From: Monocercomonoides exilis PA203 | Lineage: Eukaryota > Protista > Preaxostyla | Assembly (NCBI GenBank): GCA_001643675.2 | Contig: LSRY02000005.1 | Span: 310,001 to 374,000 of the forward strand | Direction: 5' to 3' | DNA length: 64,000 nt | Shown: in pieces, positions 40,363-53,006 of the stretch | How positions within the stretch are numbered: position 1 is the stretch's first letter | How the letters are laid out: the number at the start of each line of letters is the position of its first letter | Program-made: the position numbers and the translations under genes | The notes under the pieces: generated by a model | Seen by the model: only the letters and a program-made list of their open reading frames with translations | The model's database searches: none | Told to the model about the DNA's origin: nothing

Positions 40363-41142
40363 GAGTGCAATATTCACAACCTTCTCTTTACTGATCAAGT
40401 TCCCACATTAACACATCAAAATATTACTTGAAGATTAGTCCACCCAAAGCCACTTGTACAAAACTTACATTCGATTTTATATTAGAAATAAAGATTTCTA
40501 TTAAGCATTTCGATTTGGAGAAAACGCGAAAAGTTTTTACTGAATGAATTTAAAAGGCATCAAATGAATGGTTTCCTTTTGAAATAAGAAATGATAATTT
40601 GTGATCGTTAACTATCAAATTCATTTACAAAATATTTCTCAATAATGCAAATTTGTGCAGAATAATCATATCATTGCAAAAAGTGACAACTTGTGAAAAT
40701 AACTATTTTTCTCATTTGTCCAGTTTTATTAATGGATAGCAGTTTCAAGTCGAAATTCTATTGAAGTGCATAGAAGTTTGAAGCAGTATTTTGAATGTCT
40801 GGTGTTGGATAAATTGATTCATCTTTCGCTGGTTGAACATATTTTGAAAATTCGAAATAATGTCCATTAATAAACCGTGCAACAAATGCATAATATTCAT
40901 TTGAAAAGGAACATGTGTGCACAATTAATTGAAATAGCGAACAACTTCTTTAAATTTTTAAATGTTGAAGCATATTGTTTGGATATATTATCATTTTTCT
41001 TGTAAATGACATTTTGAATGATGAATGTGTCTAATAGAAAATGAATCCCTCAGAATCGTCATATAAAATAAATGGTAGTATTTTGATGAAAGAAGTTTGC
41101 AGCGAAAAAAAATTGAACAATAATTAAAATGGAAAAGAAAAT

Positions 41143-41214
41143 TGCTTCTACCTGGATTCGAACCAGGATTACAGGATTCAGAGTCCTAGGTGCTAACCAT
41201 TACACTATAGAAGC
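41143..41214 (-). tRNA. tRNA-Gln (anticodon CTG)
   Basis: GCTTCTATAGTGTAATGGTTAGCACCTAGGACTCTGAATCCTGTAATCCTGGTTCGAATCCAGGTAGAAGCA: full cloverleaf with TGG D-loop and GTTCGAATC T-loop. Confidence 0.97.
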
Positions 41215-41515
41215 GTTGTTTTGTATGAATTTATTTATGGTTTTAATTTGTTATTAAATTTTTTCTAAAAACTTTTTTTTCATTTTATTATTCATAATGA
41301 GAAGATTGTTATTTTTCCAAATAGTTTATTCATGATTTGAGCTGAACAAAACCTTTGCCATTCAATTCTTTTTATATTATCATGTTAGAACTTTTTCAAG
41401 AAATATTTTTGAATCGGAACAATGGTGAATTTAATTTCAGAATCGCAAAAGAAAATTTTTGTTCAAATAAAATCCAAACTCATAATCAGTTTTTTGAAAT
41501 TTGAAGAATAAATCT

Positions 41516-41544
41516 GGGTAATTCTTTTTGGGATCATACTTTTT
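41516..41544 (+). repeat. Left TIR of the giant element
   Basis: gggtaattctttttgggatcatacttttt, preceded by ATCT. Confidence 0.85.
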
Positions 41545-42329
41545 CTGTCAAAATTTTCGGTCTGATTTTTTTCGGTTCGAAAGTTATCAACATGTGAAGA
41601 ATATGAACGGAAAACATCGAAAAATCAATAAAGATAAAATCTCTCGTGAAACTCTTCGAAATCCTTTATTTTTAACTTGAATGGTCGCATTTTATCATAA
41701 TTTTGAAACATTGACATTGTTTTTTTTCATTCAGTTTACGTTATTCTTGAAAAACAAATGTTATCATGATAATATTTAAAAACATGTCACAAACTTCATT
41801 TGTTCGACAATCAATCAGATTTAAAAAGTTATGTTTTTTGATCTCATAAAAATTTCAATTGCTGATTTTTGGTGAATTAGAGTTTTTTCTTTTTGATCCA
41901 TCTTGAAAATAGATGTTTATAAAATTTACAATGAATGTTTCGATTCTTTTTTAAGAAAATTAAATATTAAGATACGTATATAAAATTTTATTCAATCAGA
42001 TATTTTCAAATCTCAGAATTGATATCAACGTTTCGTATTAGCAAATACATCTCACTAAAATTTAAAGCAAAAAAAGCATTTTTATAATTGGTTGTTTGTA
42101 ATTTGTTTTTTCTTAAAAGTTTAATTTATTTTTGGATTTTTTGAATTCGTTTTTTTGTTGCAATATTCTCAAAAAATATAACTTCTGCATTTAACTATTA
42201 CAACGATCGGTGAATTTTCAGAGGGAAATATTTCATGTTGTCAATAACAATTTTGAACATTTTTAATTTGACGATGAAGAATATTTAGCCGGAAGGAGTA
42301 AGTGAATTGAGCATTTGAAAGAGTTCAAG

Positions 42330-45300
42330 AAGAGTTAAAAAATGAAGTTGAACAAGATGTTGTTATTGAATGGAGTGTATTTGAAGAAGTCACCCAGAGA
42401 ACATCAAAAAATGTGAAGCGCAACCAGTGTGAGCATCAACCCTCAAGAGTCTCCGTCTTCTGCATTCAACCATCTAGACTCGTTCATCAGCGCTGCCCTA
42501 CCATCTTTGAAACCTATTCGAACGAACGGATCGAGTATCTCCACTTTTTCTTCTTCTCGAACTTTTTGCACTCGGCTGGTGATGTTGTATTCCACACCTA
42601 TGGCAAGATCTTTTTTCCTATGACAAGCTTGCTTCCTCTTTATCACCAGCCACACCTTCAACTTCCACCCTCACCCGGTGCATTCCATCTCGGCTGCATC
42701 ACACATGCCGCCCCCGCATCATCACCAACGCTGGATAGTGCATAAACTCCCCATTCTCCTGGAAATAGACTTCATGCGACACCGTCTGCATCACATACGC
42801 ACCCGGAACAACGCTCCGTGTCCTCGTCGCACTGCCCCTTTGCAGCACAATTGACCGTCCTGGCACCTGCATCAGCACCTCCACCGACCTCTGCGCTGAC
42901 GTCGTGTTTGTCAGCACCGCATCGCACACACACGCACCGCTAGCATCTTCTCCCACTCCACATACTTCCTCGCCTTCCTCCCTTCCTCATTCATCTCCCA
43001 CTCTTCGCTCACGTCATACACAAACTTTTACACAACCACCTGCTTCATCTCCACTCGTTTCCCCAAGCCACTCAAGTACAGCCCTTGTTTCCTCACTTGT
43101 CTCTCTTATTCTCTTTCTCTTTCCTTTTCTCCTTCTCCTTTTTCTTCTCCTTCTATTCCTTCTTTCCCTCTTTCTAATTCCTCCATCTCCTTCACAAACA
43201 GCACTGCGGCTGTGCCATGCTCCTAATAAACACACTCGCTCTTCCTCCCCTCATCTCAATCGCCTTCTCCTCGCAAACAGGGTGCACACAAACATGTGTC
43301 AGCGCAGCTTCAAACGCTGCTGATGCAAACGAATCGGTGCATTCAATCACATTCGCTGACACTAAAGGAACAGACCTTCCACACTCACGCGTATCCCTGC
43401 CCACCCTCTCCCTGGCACACCCAAACAGATATCGCGCAAAGCCCAGGAAGAAATGGTTCCACTCAACCAGCACAGAATGAAATGACGCCACACGATGATA
43501 TTAGTTCTCTCGGTATTCCTTCATGTTCTCCACCTGCTGGAACTTCGCAACTGGCATTTTCTCTTCTTCTTTCCAGGTACAAAGCTCATCATCTCCAATA
43601 GAGTTTTAAGAAACACAAGAACCAGAAGTGAAAACATTACACATATACTCTGATTCCATCCGCATTCCCATAGGCATCGCTATCTGAGGATCTGATGGAA
43701 TAGCCATTAAGAAAGAGCCACAAAAGCCATATGCCCAACGAGGCATCGCACCAGCATTGCTTATCCTCTGCCATGCATTCGACTGCATCTATATTCTCGG
43801 ACTCTGCCCTAATCCTGCCTCTGCCCCTGCCCTAGCCATCCCAACCATCGGCGTTGCCATTCTCGATCCAGGCCTCGATCCTTTCTCCATCTGCCCCATC
43901 TGCCCCATCTGCCCTTGAACATCCATTGCACCCCCCAGCAGACGCGGCATCAGCTTCAGCTCTTCGTTGTTCCGGATGAAGCACCCGCTCATCGTGCACA
44001 TGTCACTCAGCTGCATATCGTTGAAGACAATCTTCTGCATGTCAGGCAGAATCCCTTCTTTCTTCTGCACAAGCTCCTTCTGCTCCGCCACCGTCGTCTC
44101 CTTCGTCACGCAAACTCGAATTATCTTCCCTTGCATCGTCCTCACCTGCACTACCATCTTCCCCAAATCTCCTCCTTCTTTGAATGCTCGTCCCGATGCT
44201 CCTTTCACACTGCTCTTTCTTCCTCTTTCTTCTTCTTCTTCTGCCTCAATGAAACCCCCATCATCCAGTCCCAATGGAAGCACTTTCTCAAATACCTTCT
44301 CCTCTTCTTTCTTGTCTATCAGCTGCGACCTCAGCTATTTTTCCACATTCTCCACCGACGCCACACACCTCCTCAAACTCCTCTCCAGCAATTCTTCTCC
44401 TTCTCTTACCTCTCCTTCTCTTCTTCCTTTTTCTCTTGCTTTTCGTTTTCATCAATTGCTTCACAATATCTTCTTTTCAACACTTTCTTTCAGAATCAGC
44501 TCCGAGTGCATCTTCTGCAAAACATTCTTCTTCGGGTCAAACACATTCATTAGCCTCATTTCTCTCAATTATCCTTCTCTTTTTTCTTTTTCTCTTCCCT
44601 CCGTTTTCCTTCTCCCACGGCACAGATTCAGATCCACTCATACCTTTTTCGCAACGAAATACTCATTGTCTGTAGCCACCACTATCACAGTGCTCTGCCC
44701 TTTCCCTGCAATCACTTCCTTCGGGATAACAGCACGCCTCCTCTTTCCTTCATACAGTGCTTCGTTCAGTACAACTGCAGTTGTAACCCCCAAAAAGTTG
44801 ATGTTCTTCCAGTCTGAAACGCTTCTCCTCCAGTTCTGCGCTGCTTCCATTCCCTCTCCTATCACAACGTTCATCATCATCATCTTCTTCTTCTTCCTCG
44901 CCATCGTGTCTACCATCATCTCTCCGCTTGCTGCTCCTGCGCAGATTGCATCCCCTGAAAATGCACTCGCCTCCTTCCTCCAAGTCTCCTGCGTCACAAC
45001 CCCGTGCATCAGCACAGAAGGCGCATCCAGCGCGTTCCCCAGCCGCTCTGCTGCCGTTTGTCTTCGCTGGATGTATTCTTGCTCTGTGCTCAGCCTCTTG
45101 TCCTACGTGTTGAACGACCTCACCACCTTTGCTGTTTCCACCTCTGCCTGACTTCCTTCCTCCAACCCAGTCAGCTGCATCTCTGCATCAAACACCTGCG
45201 CAAGCACACTCCCAAACACATGAACACGCGTAATCACTGTGCAGTTGCTCAGAGTCACCTCCACTTTCCTTGCTTCTACTCCTTCTCTCATCTGCCTAAC

Positions 45301-46300
45301 TCCCACAATCACAACTGTAGCATCACCTCCTCGTCACCAAATCTTCCGCATACCATTTAGAAGCGATGTGTTGTCCTGTCTCACACCGCAATTGATTTCT
45401 TCTTTCGATTTTTAGATCATGTTTTCCCCATTCATTCCATCTTTCTTGTTGTTTTCAACCATCTTGCATGGCTCATTCAGCGAAATAGACGTCCGCAGCC
45501 CCGTCGCCCACTCAAATAGCTCAAATTCCCCACAAGTACAATCAGCCGACAGAATTGCCTTCCCTTCCTTCATCACCATCTTCTCGCTCACATCACGCAG
45601 TGGGACAATCCGCTCTGTTCCGATCATTTGCGTCAACGAAACCAGTCACTTCTCAATCCCCTTCTTCTCATTATTCGCTCTCTCCTTTTCTTCCTCTTAA
45701 ATCTTTTCCTCTTCACTCCTTTCCTCTTCTCCTTCATCCCATCCCTTCACCTTCCAGCTTTTCCACCACACGCCTCGACTGCAGTAATTGCGACACCAGC
45801 CGATTTATCACCGACGGAAGTAGCGACGGGTCAAATAGATCGCAGATCGATGTGAGCGCATTCACATCTGCAGCTGCAACGATCCGCTTTTTCCCCGACT
45901 TCGTGCTCACAGATGCTGCAAGCGATGGAGCTTGACCAACAAACGGAACAGAAAGCACCACCTAAAGCACAACATCATCAGCACACGAAACACCTCCATT
46001 CAGAACTCCCCTCCGAGCCACAACATATCCCTTGAAGCGTCTGTTGCTCCCTTAATTACGAATTCTTTTTATTTGCATGCGCCCCAGCTTCTTCTGACAC
46101 AGCAATTAGCATCCGTCTATCGATATCGTCCATCGCTGCTGCAGACGTGTATGACGACGAAACCGCCGACGCATACGAAGAGTTAATTGCAGGCGAAGAT
46201 GAAGATGATAATTACTTATCATCTCCTTCCGCTTTCTTCTCTTCGCTGCTCTGCCTCCTGAATGGAGAAGAAGATCTGCGTTCTGCTTTAGTTGAATAAG
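42330..46300 (-). pseudogene. Decayed large-protein gene with an internal ubiquitin-like domain; C-terminal part resembles uncharacterised alpha-2-macroglobulin-like proteins
   Basis: Chain of minus-strand ORF pieces broken by stops and frameshifts. Ubl at 43930-44157. The segment CDAVLTNTTSAQRSVEVLMQVPG...YFQENGEFMHYPALV recalls A2M-like C-termini (from memory, low certainty). Confidence 0.55.
43930..44157 (-). other. Ubiquitin-like domain, exactly 76 aa, ending LLGG
   Basis: MVVQVRTMQGKIIRVCVTKETTVAEQKELVQKKEGILPDMQKIVFNDMQLSDMCTMSGCFIRNNEELKLMPRLLGG aligns gap-free with ubiquitin (TLTGKTI, KEGIPPDQQRLIF, LRLRGG). Confidence 0.85.
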
Positions 46301-48997
46301 ACGAAGTCAAAAAAAAAAAATAGAATGAAAAGAATAATGCTGTGCTGTTTTCCTGAAATAAAAATGTGCAAGAGATGTGAGATAATTTTTTAAAAGTTGA
46401 CCAACAAACTTCACTTTGGCTTCTTCAATTTTCGCATCAGAAAGTTAAAACAGTTGATGAAGTCATTCACCTCAAAATGATGATCCTTCGAAGTGTTTTC
46501 CTTTCCTTTCCTTTTATTTTTTGAAATTTCATTACAGATTGTATGATGCCGAACTTTGAATAGTTAATATTCATAAAATTCCGATTTTGTTGATTGCAAA
46601 ATAAAAGGAGACATAACAGAATGTTAATATTTGACTAAGAAACAACAATTAAGTTTGCTTGTGTATATCAGATTTCTTCAGTTCTTTCGAGAAGTGTACA
46701 GGATAAACAATCAAATTGACTTCTTATGCATATGCCATTTCCTTTGTTTTATTGGTCATTCATAATTGTAATTAGTGACTTTTGTGTATATCTCTTTTCA
46801 ATTGTTTATTTGTTATTTAGTATTTTTTTAATACTCAACCAAAAGATCATAAATCAACATTGAAGCTTATTTTTTTGTGACTATTTTAATATTTTTAACA
46901 TGTTCAAAAATTCAATAAGTTTGAAAAGAACAATTAAAAAAACCAGTAAACAAGAATAAACCAAATTCTTGATCCAAAACTCTAATCACAAATTGAGAGC
47001 AATTCCAACTGTAAATGCGATGCTTCACAGAACTTTTTGAAGTTTAATAAATATTTTGAAGTTGGTGCAGCCATTTTAGAATGATTATTTTGAAACAGAT
47101 AGACTGTTGATTGAAAGTTGAAAGGAAGCTGAAGCTCAGAAATGAAAGATAGTCGAATGGAAGATGAAAGAGTTGCGTGATTGTGGAAGATGTGTGAAAA
47201 AATTATCTGCTGAAGCTCTGCAATTGAGCAATATTGGCTAAGGAAGAAACAAGTTTGTTTGAAGATGAGGTTGCAATATGATAGGAGATAAAAGTATTTT
47301 TTCGATAATTGTGAAAGAAAAATGAATTTTGATGAAGGAAAATGTGAGTTGAGTGAAATGGTTGATAAAGAATGCTGATAAGAAGAAGAAGAAGATGATG
47401 ATGATGAAGGAGGAGAAGGAGAAGGAGAAAAAGAAGTGAATGAAGAATTTCGTGCTTTCATGTTGCTTGGCGAAGAGTAATGATAAGGCAATGAGCCAAT
47501 TGTTGACGATGATGATGAATGAGAATAACTTGTATTTTCGCTTGTTTTATGAGAAAACTACCAAAAATTCGACAGGAATGAATCCAAAGTTTCATTAATA
47601 AAAGCATATGTTTTAAAATAGAAAAAGTCGATGTTATAATCAGATCAAGAAATTGATGGATTGCGATGTATCCAGATCTTCTCGATCATTCTCATTGGCT
47701 TTGCTGTTCACCACTTTCATTTGAACGAACTTTTTTATGCGTTGCTGTTTCATTTATCGGTTTAATCGCTTCTTTTTCTTCCTATTTTTCTCTATTTTTT
47801 CTTTTTTTTCTTCTACTATCACATCTTCTTCAACTTTCACTTAAAAACATTTCTAAAACAGATAAATAGACAGTATCAAAACTTTTTCATATTATTCTTG
47901 TGAATACTCGACAAAACTTTCAATTCTTCCATATTCCGATATATGTTCAGCAACATTGTTCGACTTTTCGTCTCGGTATATAACTTCAATTCTTTTATTT
48001 CCTTTTTTTTTCTCATCTTCCTCTTTTCCCTCGTTGCAATTATCTCTTTCTCTTCCTTCCTCATTGTTCTTCCCTTACTGCTTCAGCTGCACTCGTTGGA
48101 GTCATATTATGTCGTTCATCAAGTTCTGATATCTCTTGCTTTTTATCATCTGCATAACTGCTTCTAGGTACGTTGCTTCCTCAAATATTCATTCTTATTT
48201 ATTTAGTGATCTCTCATTCAGCATTGATCTCACTGAGTTAACTTCTTGAAATATAAATTTGTTTGTGCTGTATGGTTTTTCGAATATTCTCTCTTAAGCC
48301 TAATGAAAATTTTAACTAAAAGGATGTCTGGTTTCAGATGCCTTATAAATAAATACTTATTCAAAGGAGAGAAAATCAAAAATAAGCAAATAAATGAATT
48401 TGAATGTGCTGGAAAACTGTGGATTGATAAGAAAACATTGGATGTGTTTTCTGCAATTGATTGAGCAAATATATTCATGTGATTTTTTTGTCGAACATCG
48501 TTAAATAAAAGCACATCTTTTTCAAAAGCCAATATTTTTTTCAATAATTGTTGCTTTTTAAATTGGAATCTCTGCAATTCACTTTTGCTGAATTAAAATG
48601 ACACAAAACGGAATAAAAAGGAGAATTTGTGAAAATTTGTATTGCTTTGAATTAAAATCGTTTAAAGCAGCCAAACCTTGTTTTATTCAAAAGTTGTATC
48701 GGTGCAAGCTTCCGTTCTGCAGAAACACATTTTTTCCCCTTTCGTTCAACGAATATTTGTCAGGATAAACTAATAATTTAGAAAATTCTCAGTGAAAACG
48801 TTAAATAAAATCATATTCTTGAAATTTGAAAAGTGTTCAATATCCATCAATTCAAAAAATGCATGTGCTCTATATTCATTTTCCACGCATTGATGTTTGT
48901 TTTTAAAAGTTAAAATTATCAACAATAAAAGATTTCGCAGATCATCCCATTTGTGGAACTTTGTTATCACAAAGAATAAACTATTTTTTGTTGAATC

Positions 48998-51900
48998 ATG
49001 GAACGAATCAAGTTTTCTCTTTTATCAAACTCGAGGAAAAGCGAAAAATGCAGAGATGTTTGGGAGTATCTATCAAACAAATCTGCAAATGATTGTGTGG
49101 AAATGCTGAAGTACATGTTTTTCCATACAAATACGGGTAAAAAAATATTTCCCTAGATTCAAAATATATTTAACGGTTTGTTTTTATTTTTCGTCTTTGT
49201 ATTTATATTAATTAAACTCTTTTAAACTTTTGATTACTGAAGATCGAAATCGATATGTAATTTTGCGATTAGCGTCTGCGTATAATCGAGAAGAAAATCC
49301 ACATACAAAAGTGACGCTTTTAAAATGTGTTTGCCAGGAATATGCCCTCTCGCAATTGATCGATTTGGGTTTTGAATGTTCTCATGGAAGCTATTATCAC
49401 GCAAAGGATAATAGCTCGTTCACATCGTTTGATTTTCGAACTCCAAAAAAAGCTGCTCTTCCCCCATCAAAACGAAGTTTGATCTAATTCTTTATTGAAA
49501 AAATGTGTAACTGTTCATCTTTAATTTGTTCTTTGTCATATATTAACATTTTTACAGAGATGAGCCCAGAAGATGAAAAAGTTTTCACTGATTTCATAAA
49601 TGAAAATTCAACCGAATCATCGAAATGCATTTGTAAGTTGTCACAACAGAATAACAGTTTGTCTTCTTATTGGGTTCTTTAATTAAAAGTGTTGAAGAAT
49701 TATCACTTTCAGAATCTTCAATGGAAATAGATGATGATTTCAAAATCATAAACTGCAGCGAAGAAATGGAAGAAGATGAAGATCCTCTTTATCATTATTT
49801 CACAGAGAACAACACAAGAAGCGAATATTTGCAGACAGTAGAAGAATCAAACAATTCAAAATACAATGAATTCATTCACATGGAGATAGATGATGAAATT
49901 TCACTTTTGGACGTTCAATGTGAAATGGATGAAGAAAGCTGTTTCGAACCGGAAATAAATTTGGATTTATCAGAATTAGCATCGCAAAGCAATAATGGAG
50001 AAAATATGGAGATTGAAAAAAATGAAGAACTGCATTATTCCAACGAAACCAATGAAAATTCAATAAAGAATAGTCAAGGCTCGATTTCTTCTTGCAGCTC
50101 AATCATCGAATGCTGTTCAAAGAATAATCAGCACGCTGCACAAACTGGAACACAGAGAGAAAACAAGAATTATTATCCGTTACCAAACATGGGAAACACT
50201 TGTTATCTCGCTGCAATGCTACAAGTGTTCCGTTCTATTTATTTGCACTCAGAACGATTTTGTACACGAAAAGGGAAGATTTCACACTATTTGCATCGTT
50301 TGCTGGACATTGTCCAACCTTTGGATTTTTCAGTTAACATAAACAATGATAATGTCCCACAATCTTGGTCCTTGCCTTTTGTGAGATGTTGGGAAAAAAG
50401 GCATGGACTGAAAAAGGGTGAACAACAAGAATGTTATGAAACATTTTTTAATATGTACCAGGATCTCATATCAATAACACCAGCATTAGCAAACCAAATG
50501 AGAACGAACCAATCATTTCCAAGAAAATGTTGTGAATGTGGATCATATGAGTATGGAATTTGTGAATCAACTCCATTAATTCGACTTCACGGTTCAGATG
50601 TCATTTCGGAATTTAATGAATCATTTTCATCAGGTCAAACAAATACAAACAATAGAGAGGCCTTTTGTCTCAGATGTCAGAAAAATACAGATCAATATTC
50701 AACAATGAATATCCTTCAATTCCCTCATATTTTAACAATCACACTTGAATCTGATAAATTTGATCAAAAGAAAATATACAACATTCCATTACAAATTTCA
50801 TTTTTAAAGAATGAAGAAACAATTAAGGCTTTTCCTTTCCATTCAGAAAATATGTGCAATTATCGATTGATAGCAGTTCTGTTTTATCGAGGGTCGAAAG
50901 ATTGTGGACATTTTTATGCAATGTGTAGAAGCAGATGCCCATCACCAAAATGTTCATCATACAAAGATTGTTGGTATATTTGTAACGACGGAGAAATATC
51001 CTTCATTAATAATGAAATTACAACAGAAACAAACTCTCACATAAATAAAGGTTCAATTCCGTTTATGATTGTTTACTCTCAGGAGAATCGTGGATGCATT
51101 CCTGTTTCCGATATTGCTTCACCAAATTTGTTTCAATTGGGACTATCACATCAAGGAAGTTCTTTTTCGAATAATATTTCATCAATGAATCAGAGTAAAA
51201 CAAATGTTCGTTCGGTTTGCATTAATTGTGATGGTTTATTGCAAGATCCTTCTTATTCACTTCATCCTAATACGACAAATCCACATCATTCCACTTCACC
51301 TTCAATAATATATGATGATGAAATTACTGAGGTTCATTCTTCATCAGAAAATCACCACAAAAAATCGACCTTATTTGATTTATCAAATCGACCTTCCGGA
51401 TGTTCCATCCCATCTGAAATAGACACTTCATTTCTTCATTTTTCAAACGAATTTTCTTCTGAATGCAATTATCAAACGAACTCAAAAGACAATGAAACTA
51501 ATAATACTACAATTAATAATCATCTCACTCATAATTCAACCGCATCTACAAAACCAAATGGAAAACAATCTCTCTTTCCAGAAATGATTTCATCCAGCCA
51601 TTTGAGTGAAACAAAAAACAGATCAACAAATCCTAATCAATACTTTTCAACACTTCACAATTATCGACATCAAGATACACAAAATGCAAGCGTCAATAAT
51701 CCATTCTTTCATGGTTCTCCAAACAATTCTTATTCACATATTAAAAAACAAAAAGTTCGTATCATTAATACAACAAAAGCGCAGCTATTCAGAAAGCTAA
51801 TGGAAACCACGAATATTAAAATGTCAAAAAGTTCTTTCTACAAAAAGACAAAACACCTCAAAAGGGCTTCCAGGCGAACTGACTTGTGTAACTTATGTGA

Positions 51901-52993
51901 AATGTTCAATCATCTGAAGAAAAAAGAAGAATATCTTAAAACAAAATCACAAACATTGAATGATCAAGAGCAACAAACAATAAGACTAATTGAAAAGCAT
52001 CGTTTTCTGGCGTCAAATCAACGTCAGCACTTCCATCAAATCAAAAGGAACATTGCATTTTCGGAAGCGTTGGTTTTGTTCGACTTTAAAGAGAATTGGA
52101 CGCTTCCTATTTGCAAAAATCAAATAAGCCGAGATTATTACGAAAAAGAGGAAATCACACATTTTTGTGTAATTGTTTACATTGTTAACAAGAAAGGAGA
52201 CAAAGAAAAGCACATTTTTAACTTCTTCTCAAACGCTCTATCTCACGACTACCGTTTCACCATTGAATGTCTGAAGCAAGTTTTGGAAGATAAAATCGTT
52301 AAAGACAAGCAAACTCTTCATTTTGTATGTGATACAGGGCCACACTTTCGGAATTCCCAGCTTATGCATTTTCTTCTTTCTGACAACTCTTCTCCCGTCA
52401 AAGGCAAACGAACAACTCTTTCCTTTTTTTGTGAAAAACATGGAAAAAGTGAATGTGACGGAGAATTCGGGAATCTGACAAACTGTGTAAAAAATAACTT
52501 GCCCAATGGACCTTCACTTAATAATATTGATGAACTTATTAAATTTCTGAAAGACCATACAGATGACTCATATGATTCCCTCCATAACAACTCGGATAAT
52601 TATCAAAAGACAACGCGATATTTTGTCAAGTGTGATGCAATTATGTAAATTTTGTTTTTATTTTCTTCATTTCTTTATTAACTCAGACACTCTTCTGGAA
52701 ATAAAATACGATGGAGGAAAATTGAAGCGAAGTCCATAAAGACGTATTTGTTCTATGAGAAACGAGGTAATCAAATTTTCAGATCTGTGTGTTCACCACA
52801 AAATTCCCGAGGAAAAGAGTTAATGAACTTCCTTGAAAAAAGCATAAGAGATGAAAGGATGATAAAATCCTCAAAAAAATATTCTCGCAAAACAGAAATG
52901 TTTGAAATAGGGAATGCCACAAGAAAACTATTAAATGATAGGAAAAAATTGGATACAATTTGTTTTAAAAGTTCTGGTCTTATTGATGAGTAA
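48998..52993 (+). CDS. Sola2-like DDD transposase with in-frame USP (peptidase C19) deubiquitinase domain; 5 predicted exons; premature TAG in exon 1
   Basis: Phase-consistent exons 48998-49175, 49243-49476, 49558-49656, 49713-52629, 52687-52993 (3735 nt, 1244 codons plus stop). USP motifs: PLPNMGNTCY, EQQEC, GHFYA, WYICNDG, FMIVY. Transposase motifs: TDLCNLC, FDFKEN (D 52082), CDTGPHF (D 52331), HGKSECDGEFG (D 52457). Confidence 0.85.
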
Positions 52994-53006
52994 TTTTGTT
53001 TTTGTT

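Noticed and set aside
46982-47491. 169-aa minus-strand ORF
   Set aside because: Low-complexity S/F/L-rich sequence, at most a degenerate fragment; no supportable product.
49154-49156. TAG read as Gln (non-standard code known in some oxymonads)
   Set aside because: The 2699-aa and 4385-aa ORFs contain no in-frame TAA or TAG, and TAA is used as a stop, so the standard code applies.
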